Source of the DNA: a virus
Lineage: Duplodnaviria; Caudoviricetes
Length of the DNA stretch: 64,000 nucleotides
Reading direction: 5' to 3' (one strand)
Virus record (IMG/VR): IMGVR_UViG_3300025387_000009
The notes under the pieces were generated by a model. It ran no database searches and was not told where the DNA came from. It saw only the letters and a list, made by a program, of their open reading frames with translations. A program made the translations under genes and the position numbers. Positions 1-10,560 of the stretch are shown here, one piece after another (position 1 is the first letter of the stretch; each line of letters starts with the position of its first letter).

Positions 1-1954
1 CCAGAACTTTATCGATAGACTTTTATTTGGTGATGATAGTGCTTATATAAATGATTTTCATTCTGCTTTTAAAGAAAATTATTTTCTTCCTGTTACCGGA
101 AAAATAAAAGATTTTTATTCTTTAATAAAAAAGAAATTAGATACTGTAAACAATACCACTATTGACAAGTTGACCGATCCCTTTGGGCTTTCAAGTATTA
201 ATAAAGAATACGAAGATGCAATTAAACAATATAAAGCAAACATGGAAAAATTTCTTAATAAGAAATTTGAATCAACTGAAGAAAAAAATCCAAATGCTTT
301 AAACTTAAAACAAAATCGAGCAGGTCAATATGTAGATCAGAATAATAGATTTGTATCTAATGAGGTAAGAGATCAATTTCTTGCACAACAAGCAGCAGCA
401 AAACCAGCAGAAAATTTAAATAGAGTAAGTCAACCTATTCAAAATATAATTCCTGATTCGGTAAAAAATACAAACCCAAGCCAAGCTCTCGATCAAGAAC
501 AAAAGAATTTCGGTCCTCAAGAAATATTAATTAACTTTTCAAAAAACGGTAAACAATTTTTAACAGAACTTCTAGATAATGAATTTAAAAAATTACCTAA
601 ACCATCTGTTAACGTTAATAATGTTAAAGCAGAAGATAAAAATTCTCCAACTTGGTTATTAGCAAGTTTAATACTAGGGTTAATATCAGATGCGATATTA
701 TTGACTAAGAAATTAGGTGGTGCTTTTGAAGCATTAATTAAAAATCCAATAACTAGATTAATGGGTATTTTAGAAGATGAAGGACTTTATAAATTTGCTG
801 ACTATAAAGCATGGTTTGAATTACGTTGGGAAAAATATATCTGGGAACCGCTGAAATCGAAATTTCCAAGTTTAGAAGAGTTAGGAACTAAATTTGAAAT
901 TTTTGGCAGTAGAATTGTTAAATTTAAAGATTCTATTGTACAAGGATTAAAATTAGATGACCTAGGTGCATGGATTTCTCTTCGTTGGGAGCAATATATA
1001 AAAAATCCAATAACAAAAGTATTTGGTGAAATACCAAAAAGTTTTGAAGGCGTAACTCAGTTGGGTGAACGCTTATTAGGATGGGTTACTAAATTCAGAG
1101 GACCACTTAGTTATATAATGGAAGGACTTGAGGCAATCGCTAGAATTTTTACTATTCCTGTAATGGCAGCTATAAGTGGTATTATAGATGGATTTAGAAC
1201 TCTTTTTAGTGTTTTTGGAGATGATAAACTTTCGTTTATACAAAAAACAACTGCTGTTGTTACTGGGTTTTTTGGTGGTGTAGGTAGTTTGGCAGGTGAT
1301 TTTGTAAAATTAATTGGAGATATAATATCCCTTATTCCTGGTTTACATGGTGTTGGCTCGGCAATAGAAAAAATCGCTAGTGTTATGGATACTCATAATT
1401 TGGGTAAACAGGCTGCTGATACCATGAAAGAAGTAAAGGAGTCTGGTGGCATTGTAAACGCTGGAAAAGATGTATTAAAAGGTATTTTTTCTTTTAAGGA
1501 AGGAGTTCAACCAGAAGATAGGGAAGCGTATAAACAACTTGAAAGTTATAAAAATGCAACCCCCGAAAGAAAAAAACAAATTGATGAAATGCAAGCTAAT
1601 TATTATAAAGGATTAGATGAAAAAAGTAAAACTGTAGCAACGCAAGACGCAGAGATTAGCGCAACTGAAATTAGAGGTGCGGATGGTAAAACTTATATTC
1701 CAAATAAAACAGAAGATACAATAATAGCTACTAAATCTGGTGGTTCAATAGATAAGTCTATTAGTAACTTAAATAAAACTGTAGCAAGTTTAGCTTTAGC
1801 AATTGGTAAAATGCAAACCGATAACAATCAATCACAAAATAATGTTTCTGCTGTTAACATAACAGCAAATAATAATTCTAAATCCTCTTCACGAGATCCA
1901 ATACACGATATGAGAATTGGACATTATATATTATCAGGGAGGGGAATGGCTTAA
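1..1954 (+). CDS. Tail tape-measure/baseplate-hub-like protein (5'-truncated by window)
   Basis: Frame is open from position 2 (CAG AAC TTT ATC GAT...) into the track ORF at 170, so the TTG at 170 is not the true start. Long amphipathic Gly/Ile/Ala-rich helices; directly upstream of gp48/54- and gp53-like genes. Confidence 0.6.
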   Translation, partial: QNFIDRLLFGDDSAYINDFHSAFKENYFLPVTGKIKDFYSLIKKKLDTVNNTTIDKLTDPFGLSSINKEYEDAIKQYKANMEKFLNKKFESTEEKNPNALNLKQNRAGQYVDQNNRFVSNEVRDQFLAQQAAAKPAENLNRVSQPIQNIIPDSVKNTNPSQALDQEQKNFGPQEILINFSKNGKQFLTELLDNEFKKLPKPSVNVNNVKAEDKNSPTWLLASLILGLISDAILLTKKLGGAFEALIKNPITRLMGILEDEGLYKFADYKAWFELRWEKYIWEPLKSKFPSLEELGTKFEIFGSRIVKFKDSIVQGLKLDDLGAWISLRWEQYIKNPITKVFGEIPKSFEGVTQLGERLLGWVTKFRGPLSYIMEGLEAIARIFTIPVMAAISGIIDGFRTLFSVFGDDKLSFIQKTTAVVTGFFGGVGSLAGDFVKLIGDIISLIPGLHGVGSAIEKIASVMDTHNLGKQAADTMKEVKESGGIVNAGKDVLKGIFSFKEGVQPEDREAYKQLESYKNATPERKKQIDEMQANYYKGLDEKSKTVATQDAEISATEIRGADGKTYIPNKTEDTIIATKSGGSIDKSISNLNKTVASLALAIGKMQTDNNQSQNNVSAVNITANNNSKSSSRDPIHDMRIGHYILSGRGMA

Positions 1955-1956
1955 TT

Positions 1957-3009
1957 ATGGGAATACAAGGTACTAGATTTTATGGCGTTGGTAACGCTCC
2001 GCAAAATATACCAGATTTAAATCTTGCGTCTAATAATGTTCCATATTTGACACCAAATGGAACAGGTTGTATAGATGTATTAAATGATTTATATTGGTCT
2101 AATTCAGGTGATGTTTCGGAAGTTCCGTTCATCATGGCAACAGAATACGAATTACAATTTGGTACATGGGTTCAAAATTTAGCTAATGCTTATTTTTTAA
2201 CAGCAAATGCGACAAATTTAAAAGATACCGATCCTTATTTAACATTATATTCCGCAAAGCCTACGGGATTTAGTTATGCTTTTCCTTGGTTAGTGGGTTC
2301 TGAAAATCCAAAAATAAGATCCGTTGGTAATCAATGGAGTGATGCTTCGGCTGCGAGTAGTGGTTCAAGTTCATCCACTGGTGGCACTAAACCAAATGGT
2401 AAAATGGCAGCAGTATCAAATTTTGTAGGCGCAGCATTAGGTGTAGCTGGTGCTGCCATATCACCAGGCATTGGATTGGAAGCAACATATCAATATAACG
2501 ATACTAATATCCAAGAATTAACAATTAAATTTCCTTTATATAATACAATTGACACAAAAAGTGCATTGGACAATTATAATTTTGTTTCTTTGTTTACGTT
2601 TCAAAATTTAAAAAATAGAACATCTTTTATCACGTTTATACCGCCAAAAATTTATAGTTTAGATGGTCTTGCTTTTGGTGGAATATATTGGCCCGCCGCT
2701 TATGTGAGTAACTTAGACATAGAAAGTATTGGCACAGCGAGATATCTTTATGAAAGTGGATATAATGCACAAACTGGTGGTAAGGGATTATTAGTCCCTG
2801 AAGCATATAAAATTAGTATAACATTTAAACAATTAGTTGCAGATAGTTCTAATATATTTTCTGGAACAATGGGTGGTACAAAAGTTCAAGTCTTAAAGCC
2901 AATTGGTGAACAATTAAAGGCTAATGGTGCAGCGTTGGGTAACGAAATAAAAGGACTGCAAACTGCTGTTGGTCAAGGGGTACAGAATTTAGGCAATAAA
3001 TTAAAATAA
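1957..3009 (+). CDS. Baseplate tail-tube cap/initiator, T4 gp48/gp54-like
   Basis: Tube-fold C-terminal pattern (YQYNDTNIQELTIKFPL...PPKIYSL...WPAAYVSNLDIES...PEAYKISITFKQL); lies between tape measure and gp53. Confidence 0.65.
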   Translation: MGIQGTRFYGVGNAPQNIPDLNLASNNVPYLTPNGTGCIDVLNDLYWSNSGDVSEVPFIMATEYELQFGTWVQNLANAYFLTANATNLKDTDPYLTLYSAKPTGFSYAFPWLVGSENPKIRSVGNQWSDASAASSGSSSSTGGTKPNGKMAAVSNFVGAALGVAGAAISPGIGLEATYQYNDTNIQELTIKFPLYNTIDTKSALDNYNFVSLFTFQNLKNRTSFITFIPPKIYSLDGLAFGGIYWPAAYVSNLDIESIGTARYLYESGYNAQTGGKGLLVPEAYKISITFKQLVADSSNIFSGTMGGTKVQVLKPIGEQLKANGAALGNEIKGLQTAVGQGVQNLGNKLK

Positions 3010-3010
3010 A

Positions 3011-3370
3011 ATGAATCAAAATAATTTTTCAAATTTACCAAAGCTAAATTCTCCTTATAGATATGAGAATTTTTTAAACGTATATCAGGATAAAGATAGC
3101 AATTATTTTTATAATTTATTAAGAAACATAACAATAATACCAGCAAATAATAATTCAATTGAAGATAGCTATACGATAAAATCAAATGATACATGGTATT
3201 TAATTTCATATAATCATTATGGAACTATGGATTTATGGTGGTTAGTTTGTGAATATAATAATATTACTAATCCCACTTTAATGCCACCAGCTGGGACAAC
3301 TTTGAAATTATTGAAATCTGAATACGTTTCTGCTATTTTACAACAATTAAATTTACAAAATAATAGTTAA
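3011..3370 (+). CDS. Baseplate wedge protein gp53-like (LysM-like fold)
   Basis: YTIKSNDTWYLISYNHYGTMDLWWLVCEYNNITNP is the gp53/LysM signature. Confidence 0.8.
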   Translation: MNQNNFSNLPKLNSPYRYENFLNVYQDKDSNYFYNLLRNITIIPANNNSIEDSYTIKSNDTWYLISYNHYGTMDLWWLVCEYNNITNPTLMPPAGTTLKLLKSEYVSAILQQLNLQNNS

Positions 3371-3753
3371 ATTATATCTTCAAGATCAAAGTAAAATCTA
3401 ACATAGATTCTACTTTTGTCTTTTCCTTTTTTACCAGAAGTATAACAATATACTTGGTCTTTATATTTGAATAAATGAAAATCTGGCATATCTTCATCAT
3501 AAACATTTAATTCAAAATCTATATCTGGATTTTTATATAGAAATTCTTCAACTTCATCAACTGGTAAATCTTGTAAACCGTTTTGATATTCTAAAATATT
3601 AAGTTTATTTTGTAATCGTGTCCATATTCCAGTTTCGTCAGTTAAGTGTAAAACAAAAATGGGCCAACGACTATCGTATTGAAAAACACCATCCTTTTTA
3701 CCCAAATCAACAATTTTTTCTTCTTTTAGTGGTTCAGAATCAGGCTGGTTCAC
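3367..3753 (-). CDS. Hypothetical protein (128 aa, acidic)
   Basis: GTG start preceded by TAAATA motif 5 nt upstream; fills the gap between gp53 and terminase. Confidence 0.6.
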   Translation of the reverse strand: MNQPDSEPLKEEKIVDLGKKDGVFQYDSRWPIFVLHLTDETGIWTRLQNKLNILEYQNGLQDLPVDEVEEFLYKNPDIDFELNVYDEDMPDFHLFKYKDQVYCYTSGKKGKDKSRIYVRFYFDLEDII

Positions 3754-3754
3754 A

Positions 3755-3764
3755 TAAGTATTTA
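3755..3764. promoter_or_regulatory. Overlapping divergent late-promoter motifs: TAAGTA (+, 3755-3760) and TAAATA (-, 3764-3759)
   Basis: Sequence cataagtatttactatacaATG; matches the TAARTA motif found before many late genes in this window. Confidence 0.55.
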
Positions 3765-3771
3765 CTATACA

Positions 3772-5652
3772 ATGGGAAGAAAGCCTAAAATAGTAAATGA
3801 TGCACCGTCTTTATCTGATCTTAATGCAGAAGATATTTTAGTAGATGGTAGCTTTTATAAAGGAAATGAAAACCTTTTAAGAGGAAACGCTCAAATTAAA
3901 TGGACTCCAGAAATGATGGAGGAAATGAGATTATGTGCAAAAAAGATTTTACATTTTGCTGAAGAGTACTTTTATATTATTACCGAAGAAGGTAAACAAA
4001 AAATTAGCTTATATAAATATCAAAAACAATTATTAAAAGCTTTCGTAAATAATAGATTCAATGTAGTTTTATCAAGCCGCCAGAGCGGAAAAACAACTAC
4101 GATAACGATATATGCACTTTGGATGGTATGCTTCCAAAGTGACAAAAGAGTAACAATTGTTGCTAATAAAGAGAGTACAGCAAAAGAAATTTATGCTCGT
4201 ATTAAAATGTCATTTGAAGAGCTTCCGATTTGGATGAAACCATCGGTAAAATCATTTAGAAATGATGGGTTTGATTTGCAAAATGGATCAAAAATAACAG
4301 TTGCTTCAACATCAACATCTTCTGCTCGTGGTACTACAAGTAATCTTTTGATTATAGATGAGATGGCTCACTGTTCAAATGACCTCATGAAAGAGCTATG
4401 GAAATCTGCTATTCCTATTATTTCTTCTATGAAGAAATCACAGCTTGTTGTTATCAGTACGCCTAATGGTGTAGATAATAAGTTTTATGAGCTTGTAGAA
4501 CAAGCTAAAAAACCAGATAGCGATTGGCATTTAGAAACGGTTAATTGGTGGGATGTGCCAGGTCGTGACGAGGCTTGGAAAAAAGAGGCAATGGACGCAA
4601 TCGGGTCTAAAGACGATTTCGATCAAGAGTATGGAAATGTTTTCCATGAGAAAGGAAAAACCGCAATTGATCCCGAAGAATTAGAAAGATTAAAAGCTCA
4701 ATGTAAAGATCCTATTCTTGTAATGGATAACGGTGATTATAAGATATTCACCCAACCGAAAGATGGTTCTTTTTATGTAATCGGAGTAGACGTTGGTGAA
4801 GGTATTGGTAGATCTAACAGCGTATGTCAAATATTGGACGTATCTGATTTGGGTAACATAGATCAAGTTGCTGTTTATGCTAGCAATAATATAAGCCCTT
4901 ATAATTTTGGCACACGAATAATGGGTATCTTAGAAGATTGGGGAAGACCACCTGTTTTAATTGAAAATAACAACAACGGTGTAGAAGTATTGAATGTTTT
5001 ATCAAAAACTCATAACTATGAAAATATAGTTACATATACTTTTGAGGGTATGAGTAAACATTATAATAATGATAATCGTTTAGGTATTCATAATCATACT
5101 AATACTCGTTATAAAGGTATTACAAATTTCAGATATTGGGCTAATAGTTTAAAAGCATTAAAATTAAATGATCTAGATACAGCAGTAGAACTTTCAAATT
5201 TTGTTCGTTTACCCAATTTTACCTTTAGCAAAAGAACAGATAAAGATTTAGATGATAGAGTAATGGCTCTGGTTTGGGCATTATTTTTACTCGATCCAAA
5301 TTTAGCTACAAAATATTTTAGTGTTATTGATTTAGATGACCAAGGAAGACCATTAAAAATAAAACCTCTTATAGATAATTCTGATTTAATTGGAAAAAGT
5401 CCTATTTTTCAAGGGCAAGTTTCAATTTATAAGAAAACTGCTGTTAGCACAACACCTTTATCGTGGATTGGTAGATTCGATGAAAACCATAATCCACAAA
5501 TGGACGAAGATGTTGCAAATTTTGCTGCATGGTTACAAGGTTGGGATGGTAAAAGCGTTCCACCTATATACAGACCAATTTCTAGACCTATTAAACCATC
5601 TGAACCTGATAAATATGAAGGGGATGGTTATATGCCATCTATATTATTTTAA
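3772..5652 (+). CDS. terL: Terminase large subunit (T4 gp17-like)
   Basis: Walker A SRQSGKTT, Walker B LLIIDE, ISTPNG motif, FDQEY, nuclease IGVDVGEG and DDRVMAL. Confidence 0.97.
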   Translation: MGRKPKIVNDAPSLSDLNAEDILVDGSFYKGNENLLRGNAQIKWTPEMMEEMRLCAKKILHFAEEYFYIITEEGKQKISLYKYQKQLLKAFVNNRFNVVLSSRQSGKTTTITIYALWMVCFQSDKRVTIVANKESTAKEIYARIKMSFEELPIWMKPSVKSFRNDGFDLQNGSKITVASTSTSSARGTTSNLLIIDEMAHCSNDLMKELWKSAIPIISSMKKSQLVVISTPNGVDNKFYELVEQAKKPDSDWHLETVNWWDVPGRDEAWKKEAMDAIGSKDDFDQEYGNVFHEKGKTAIDPEELERLKAQCKDPILVMDNGDYKIFTQPKDGSFYVIGVDVGEGIGRSNSVCQILDVSDLGNIDQVAVYASNNISPYNFGTRIMGILEDWGRPPVLIENNNNGVEVLNVLSKTHNYENIVTYTFEGMSKHYNNDNRLGIHNHTNTRYKGITNFRYWANSLKALKLNDLDTAVELSNFVRLPNFTFSKRTDKDLDDRVMALVWALFLLDPNLATKYFSVIDLDDQGRPLKIKPLIDNSDLIGKSPIFQGQVSIYKKTAVSTTPLSWIGRFDENHNPQMDEDVANFAAWLQGWDGKSVPPIYRPISRPIKPSEPDKYEGDGYMPSILF

Positions 5653-5655
5653 TTT

Positions 5656-6246
5656 ATGTATCAAACACCATTAAACAGATCTAGGAATGATAAATTCACG
5701 ATGATTTTGGACTTGCCTCTTGCAATGAAGGCAATAAGCGATCCTGTTCTTGGTACGAATTACTCTGCTGATCCTATTCAATTTACCATTTATGGATCTC
5801 CTGTGCCAGCAATAACAGTTCCTGATATCAATTTGCCTTTTGGTGGACAGGTTGCTAGAATTTCTTCTAATTCCAGACCTGCTTATAATCCATTAACAAT
5901 AAAATTTTTAGTTGATAATGGCTATAAAAATTATTGGATACTTTGGAACTGGTTAAATCTTTTTAACAATTCGCAAACTTCTAGTTCTGATATTGCATCT
6001 TTTCCTAACAATAATAATATTTTAAAAAATCCAGTTTCTCAATATGTTTCAACCTTTAATATCTTTTCATTGGATGAATATAATAATAAAGTAGTGAATT
6101 TTTCATATACTAATGCATTTCCAACTGGATTAAGTGAAATAAACTTTTCAAATCAAGACCCAAGCGAGGTTAATTGTACTGTTACCTTTGCTTTTAATCA
6201 ATTAAATGTATCTTTGGTTGCTAATGTTGATCAAGTTAATTGTTAA
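5656..6246 (+). CDS. Tail completion/tail-tube family protein (T4 gp3/gp19-like)
   Basis: YNPLTIKFLVDNGYKNYWILWNWL and FPTGLSEINFS...CTVTFAF are typical gp3/gp19-fold motifs. Confidence 0.75.
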   Translation: MYQTPLNRSRNDKFTMILDLPLAMKAISDPVLGTNYSADPIQFTIYGSPVPAITVPDINLPFGGQVARISSNSRPAYNPLTIKFLVDNGYKNYWILWNWLNLFNNSQTSSSDIASFPNNNNILKNPVSQYVSTFNIFSLDEYNNKVVNFSYTNAFPTGLSEINFSNQDPSEVNCTVTFAFNQLNVSLVANVDQVNC

Positions 6247-6248
6247 TT

Positions 6249-7955
6249 ATGGACTCGGCTAATAATACTCAGTCTAATGGATTACCACCAATAAATTCTA
6301 CTACTGGTGCAGCAACGCAAAATAATATAAATCAGGCGTTTATTTCGACGATACAGAATGTACCGTATTATTTTGAAATATTTCTCTTTAATGCATTAGA
6401 AAGTGATGGTTATGCACCCGTTCCTATAACTTGGAAAATTATTGATGAAATATCAATAGAAGAGTCGTTTATGACTTGGGTTGTAAAAGGTTATATTACA
6501 TTAAATTCGGACTTTGAAGTTTTGGAAAGAGGTGCATTAGCAGCTGCCTCAAGTCCTGCGATAAAAGCACCGTATGTTTTTAGAACCGATGGTAGAAATA
6601 AAATTAGTTTACGAATAAGACCTTTGCTTTCTGATCCAAATTATTTGGATAAAGATTGGGAAATGTCTTTTGATTGTGTAATTTATGATATAGAAGATTT
6701 AGATTCCGATAGCAACGGAAGAAAATTAAGAAGATATTATTTTTGGGATGAAAGATATCAAATATTAACGGAAAGAAATATAGATTATTCATCAGTTTAT
6801 AGCAATCCTAATTTTACTTCCGCAAATGGGTTAACAATGCAACAGAAAGCATATAATCCAAATTTAATGTTAAAGGATATAATAACAACCGCAGCATCAA
6901 ATCCACCCATAATGGTTAAGGGTATTAGTAATAATGTTAATAACACTATTAAAGTTGGATTTGATTATCGATTAAAGGGAGAGAGTATCGCAAATCCAAC
7001 TCAATCAATGGCTGTTTTTGATGATGGTGGAACCGATAAAATAAACCAATTATTAGAATCGAATTGGGATAATGGTAACCAAAGTAATTTATACTTTTAT
7101 ACATCACCTGCAAACTCAAGGGCAATTGATGATATAACACATGTTTTAAATTATTGTGTTTCTAATGTGCAAAATGGTCCGGTTTTTCTTCGTTTTGGTA
7201 GAGCAAATAGTGATAAAAAATGGAAGCTTGTATCTTTAGCTTCTATATTTTCACAATCACAACAAAATCAAATTGAAAGATTTTTTATAGAAGATGGTAT
7301 TCCTGCTCAGACTCCTTATGTTGCTAGATCGTGGGCTGATCCAAATGGTAATAATGTAAACTTTGTATCGCCAATGGGATCAAGAATTCAAAATTACAAA
7401 TATTCTCCAATGGTTGCAACAGATGACGCAAGAATAACAAATGCTCCTGTTCACAATTATAACTTTAATACTAATTCATGGACTGTAAATTTCGCTCAAA
7501 ATACTGCAAAAGCTGTTAGAGATGGATTACAATCTTTTGGAAAATTGGGTCTTTTTAATTTGAGTAGTGCTAATTCAAATTCAGCTAATGCTCATGTATT
7601 ATTAAATTTAAATCAATCAAAACAAAATGGATCAATATTAAAAAATGTTTTAGTAACATCAGAATTTTTCCCACCTAATTATGCTGCAAATAAAATGTTA
7701 AAAGATGCATTATTTTTAAATGAAGCAATATCTTTTGATACATTTGGATTAACATTAAGAACAGCAGGTAAATTTATTTTTATTGATAAACCAAATAGTT
7801 CAACATCGAATCCATTCGATGATAAATTTTTAGGTCAATGGTTAACCGTAAAGGTGAATCATATCTTTAGAACGGATGGATATGTAAATAATATTTGTGC
7901 AATAAAGGTTGACTCGCATTCAAAACTTTGGACGCAAACCGATAAAACAATTTAA
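6249..7955 (+). CDS. Baseplate hub protein (gp27-like)
   Basis: IDEISIEESF at N-terminus; C-terminal TFGLTLRTAGKFIFI...FLGQWLTVKVNHIF hub motif. Start moved to ATG at 6249. Confidence 0.65.
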   Translation: MDSANNTQSNGLPPINSTTGAATQNNINQAFISTIQNVPYYFEIFLFNALESDGYAPVPITWKIIDEISIEESFMTWVVKGYITLNSDFEVLERGALAAASSPAIKAPYVFRTDGRNKISLRIRPLLSDPNYLDKDWEMSFDCVIYDIEDLDSDSNGRKLRRYYFWDERYQILTERNIDYSSVYSNPNFTSANGLTMQQKAYNPNLMLKDIITTAASNPPIMVKGISNNVNNTIKVGFDYRLKGESIANPTQSMAVFDDGGTDKINQLLESNWDNGNQSNLYFYTSPANSRAIDDITHVLNYCVSNVQNGPVFLRFGRANSDKKWKLVSLASIFSQSQQNQIERFFIEDGIPAQTPYVARSWADPNGNNVNFVSPMGSRIQNYKYSPMVATDDARITNAPVHNYNFNTNSWTVNFAQNTAKAVRDGLQSFGKLGLFNLSSANSNSANAHVLLNLNQSKQNGSILKNVLVTSEFFPPNYAANKMLKDALFLNEAISFDTFGLTLRTAGKFIFIDKPNSSTSNPFDDKFLGQWLTVKVNHIFRTDGYVNNICAIKVDSHSKLWTQTDKTI

Positions 7956-7956
7956 T

Positions 7957-8259
7957 ATGGATAAAGAAAAATTAAAAAAAATATTATTAGAAAATGTTAA
8001 AAAGAACGCTAATCGTCAAGCAATGCCATCCCCCGTTCAAATGGCTAAAAATTTAGCGCATACAGCAGTGGCAACAGTTAAATCCGTTGCGGCTGGTAAT
8101 CCAATTAATGCGCCACAGGATCTTATTGATAAGAGAAAAAATATATGTAACGCTTGCCCTGCCTTTAGCAAGGATCAAAATAGATGTACAAAATGTGGGT
8201 GTAATATGGGAATGAAAACCTATATCAAAGCTGCTTCTTGTCCCCTTGGTAAATGGTAG
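7957..8259 (+). CDS. Small Cys-rich metal-binding protein (DUF6171-like)
   Basis: RKNICNACP...RCTKCGCNMGMKTYIKAASCPLGKW; ATG at 7957 is a better start than TTG at 7909. Confidence 0.7.
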   Translation: MDKEKLKKILLENVKKNANRQAMPSPVQMAKNLAHTAVATVKSVAAGNPINAPQDLIDKRKNICNACPAFSKDQNRCTKCGCNMGMKTYIKAASCPLGKW

Positions 8260-8830
8260 ACATTTTTTCTATTGCTTCTTTAGCATAAGAATCAATATTT
8301 GCTCTATCATTTTGTTCGCTTAAAGAATCCCAAGAAACGATATAATCAGCCATTTGTTTAATAATAAAATTATTAACTCTTTCTGTATCATTAGCATCAT
8401 AAATTCCTTTTCTTTCTACAAAAATTAAGAATCCATTCATCTCATTTTTAAGCCAGAAAACTTCATCTTTAGGATATTCTACATATCTAATGTCAGGTAA
8501 AATATTTATTGCATCCTGTTCGGGTTGAAATTGCTCAATAAAATATCTACCTTGCGTTTTTGCTCTCTGCATTTTGCCATATTCCACAAGAAGAGGTCTC
8601 ATAAATTCCTTTTCTTCAGTTATTTCGGTGAAAGAATCTAATTTAAACTTTCTTTCTATCAATTCTTGTAAATCTCCCTTTACTGTATCACCTGCAATTG
8701 ATTTTCTAACTGCTAAAACTCCTAATTTTAGGAATTCTCTGGTTAATGCTCTACAGAGAGTATCTTTACCAGCACGAGCAGCACCGGATATACCAATGAC
8801 ATTAGGGTATGAAAATAGAGTTTCAGGCAT
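8225..8830 (-). CDS. Deoxynucleoside monophosphate kinase (T4 gp1-like)
   Basis: P-loop IGISGAARAGKDT, RPLLVEYG, PDIRYVE. Confidence 0.85.
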   Translation of the reverse strand: MPETLFSYPNVIGISGAARAGKDTLCRALTREFLKLGVLAVRKSIAGDTVKGDLQELIERKFKLDSFTEITEEKEFMRPLLVEYGKMQRAKTQGRYFIEQFQPEQDAINILPDIRYVEYPKDEVFWLKNEMNGFLIFVERKGIYDANDTERVNNFIIKQMADYIVSWDSLSEQNDRANIDSYAKEAIEKMSTIYQGDKKQL

Positions 8831-8836
8831 AAATAT

Positions 8837-8864
8837 ATTATAAGGGTAAATTTATAAAAATCAA
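8837..8864 (-). promoter_or_regulatory. sigma70-like promoter TTGATT-N16-TATAAT, 6 nt before dNMP kinase ATG
   Basis: Read directly on the minus strand. Confidence 0.7.
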
Positions 8865-8873
8865 ATAAAATTT

Positions 8874-10559
8874 ATGGCAGACAATACATCATTTGGAAAT
8901 GTAACAGTTCCACAAGTGCAAATTACCTATGCTGGAGAACAGAATAATTCCGTCCCTACTGGTAATTTAATCGGTGGTGGTAGTAATATATTTAACAATA
9001 TAGCTAATTCGCCAGAAGTTCAAGCTGCCACTACGCCCTTAACAGTCCCTCCTTCTAACGTTAGTGAAAATAATGTAATTGGTAATATTGGCGTAACAAC
9101 AAACCCGAATCAAACTATATCATCAAGTCCGCCTCCACCCGCTAAACCATCGCCAAATGTAAACGCATCTCATAAACAGAGTATAAAAAAAGCTCAGGCT
9201 AATCAAAAGCCTGATTCATTAATTGATTTAGAAAAAAAATCCGGTTTAAATACAGAAGATTTAGTTTATCTTAAAGGTAAATTTTGCAGAATAAATGATA
9301 ACTATTGGTATCTGTTATTGTGCTTTTTAGTTTATGGATTTGATTATCAGGTAATGACAGCAAATGCAAATCCTGATCATGCACAGGCACATGTTGATCA
9401 AAATTTTATCAGAGATTTCAAAGCTCTTGCTAATACAAATGATCCAATTTTATTAAAAATAATTCAAAAAACACCAGCATTTAGTAAACATTGTTTTGAT
9501 GATATTGGAATGTTTGGTGTTACTCATGGTGTAAATTCAAATAAACAACCAGCAAACCCAATGTCAGGACCTACCAAGCAAGCTGGTACAAGTTTAGTGG
9601 AAAGATTATTAAACACTATTAATAATAAAATTAATGGTTTGTTAGAAAATAATTTAAATAAAACAAGAACCCAAGCTTATTTAGCTTTACCAGCAACTGC
9701 CTTTGCATCATTTCAAAAAGCAGTTGCTGCTATAAATGGAATTATAAATGCATATGAAGCATTATTGCGTGATATATATCAAGGCATAGTTCAATTAGTT
9801 CAGCAGATTTATGCAGTCATAAATGGAATCATTGCTGCAATTCAATATTATCTTTTAAGTTTAATTAACAAATATATTATCCCAATAGATTTATTATGTT
9901 TGATATTAGAATTATTAGAATCTTTTTTTGGCGATAGTAAATTTTTCTCTTCGTTATTTAATCAATCTGCATTTTTAAACAAATATTTAGGACAATTTGA
10001 ATCCGCAATAAACAAAGAAGTTAGCATGGTTGGTAATGTATTGGGATCTTTGCAACCACATTTTCCACCGCAAGTAAATCAAGTTATTCAAATTGTAAAC
10101 AGCTTGGCATTAAATCCCGCATTAGGAACAGGTGTATTGCATTATGGTTATCATCAGTCTTTACTCGGCTTACAAGCTAGCTTGATAAGTCAAATTGTTA
10201 CAAAGTACGGTCCTAACTTTGCAGCTTTATCACCTTTAGGGCAAAACCAAAATGGAAATACTTCACCGTTTCCACCTGCCCCTTCCACCTTTAATAACAG
10301 TTCATATAAAAATTATAATGGAATTCCTACATATATTAATAATATGCCACAGATTCCACAAACTATAAGCTTACCTGGCGTTAGTAATGTACCTAATCCA
10401 TTTTCTGTATTTAATAATCCAAATGCAGGATTTGGTAATATTGGAAATGATTTAGCTGCTATTGGTCAAGGGTTTAATGATATCGGAACCGCTGGTAATA
10501 ATTTAGGAACCGCTATTAACAATGCGGTAAATCCAAATACCGCTGCACCTGCGCAATAA
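8874..10559 (+). CDS. Hypothetical virion/baseplate-associated protein
   Basis: Between hub and gp5 genes; Pro/Asn/Ser-rich termini and a central amphipathic/hydrophobic helical region. Confidence 0.45.
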   Translation: MADNTSFGNVTVPQVQITYAGEQNNSVPTGNLIGGGSNIFNNIANSPEVQAATTPLTVPPSNVSENNVIGNIGVTTNPNQTISSSPPPPAKPSPNVNASHKQSIKKAQANQKPDSLIDLEKKSGLNTEDLVYLKGKFCRINDNYWYLLLCFLVYGFDYQVMTANANPDHAQAHVDQNFIRDFKALANTNDPILLKIIQKTPAFSKHCFDDIGMFGVTHGVNSNKQPANPMSGPTKQAGTSLVERLLNTINNKINGLLENNLNKTRTQAYLALPATAFASFQKAVAAINGIINAYEALLRDIYQGIVQLVQQIYAVINGIIAAIQYYLLSLINKYIIPIDLLCLILELLESFFGDSKFFSSLFNQSAFLNKYLGQFESAINKEVSMVGNVLGSLQPHFPPQVNQVIQIVNSLALNPALGTGVLHYGYHQSLLGLQASLISQIVTKYGPNFAALSPLGQNQNGNTSPFPPAPSTFNNSSYKNYNGIPTYINNMPQIPQTISLPGVSNVPNPFSVFNNPNAGFGNIGNDLAAIGQGFNDIGTAGNNLGTAINNAVNPNTAAPAQ

Positions 10560-10560
10560 T

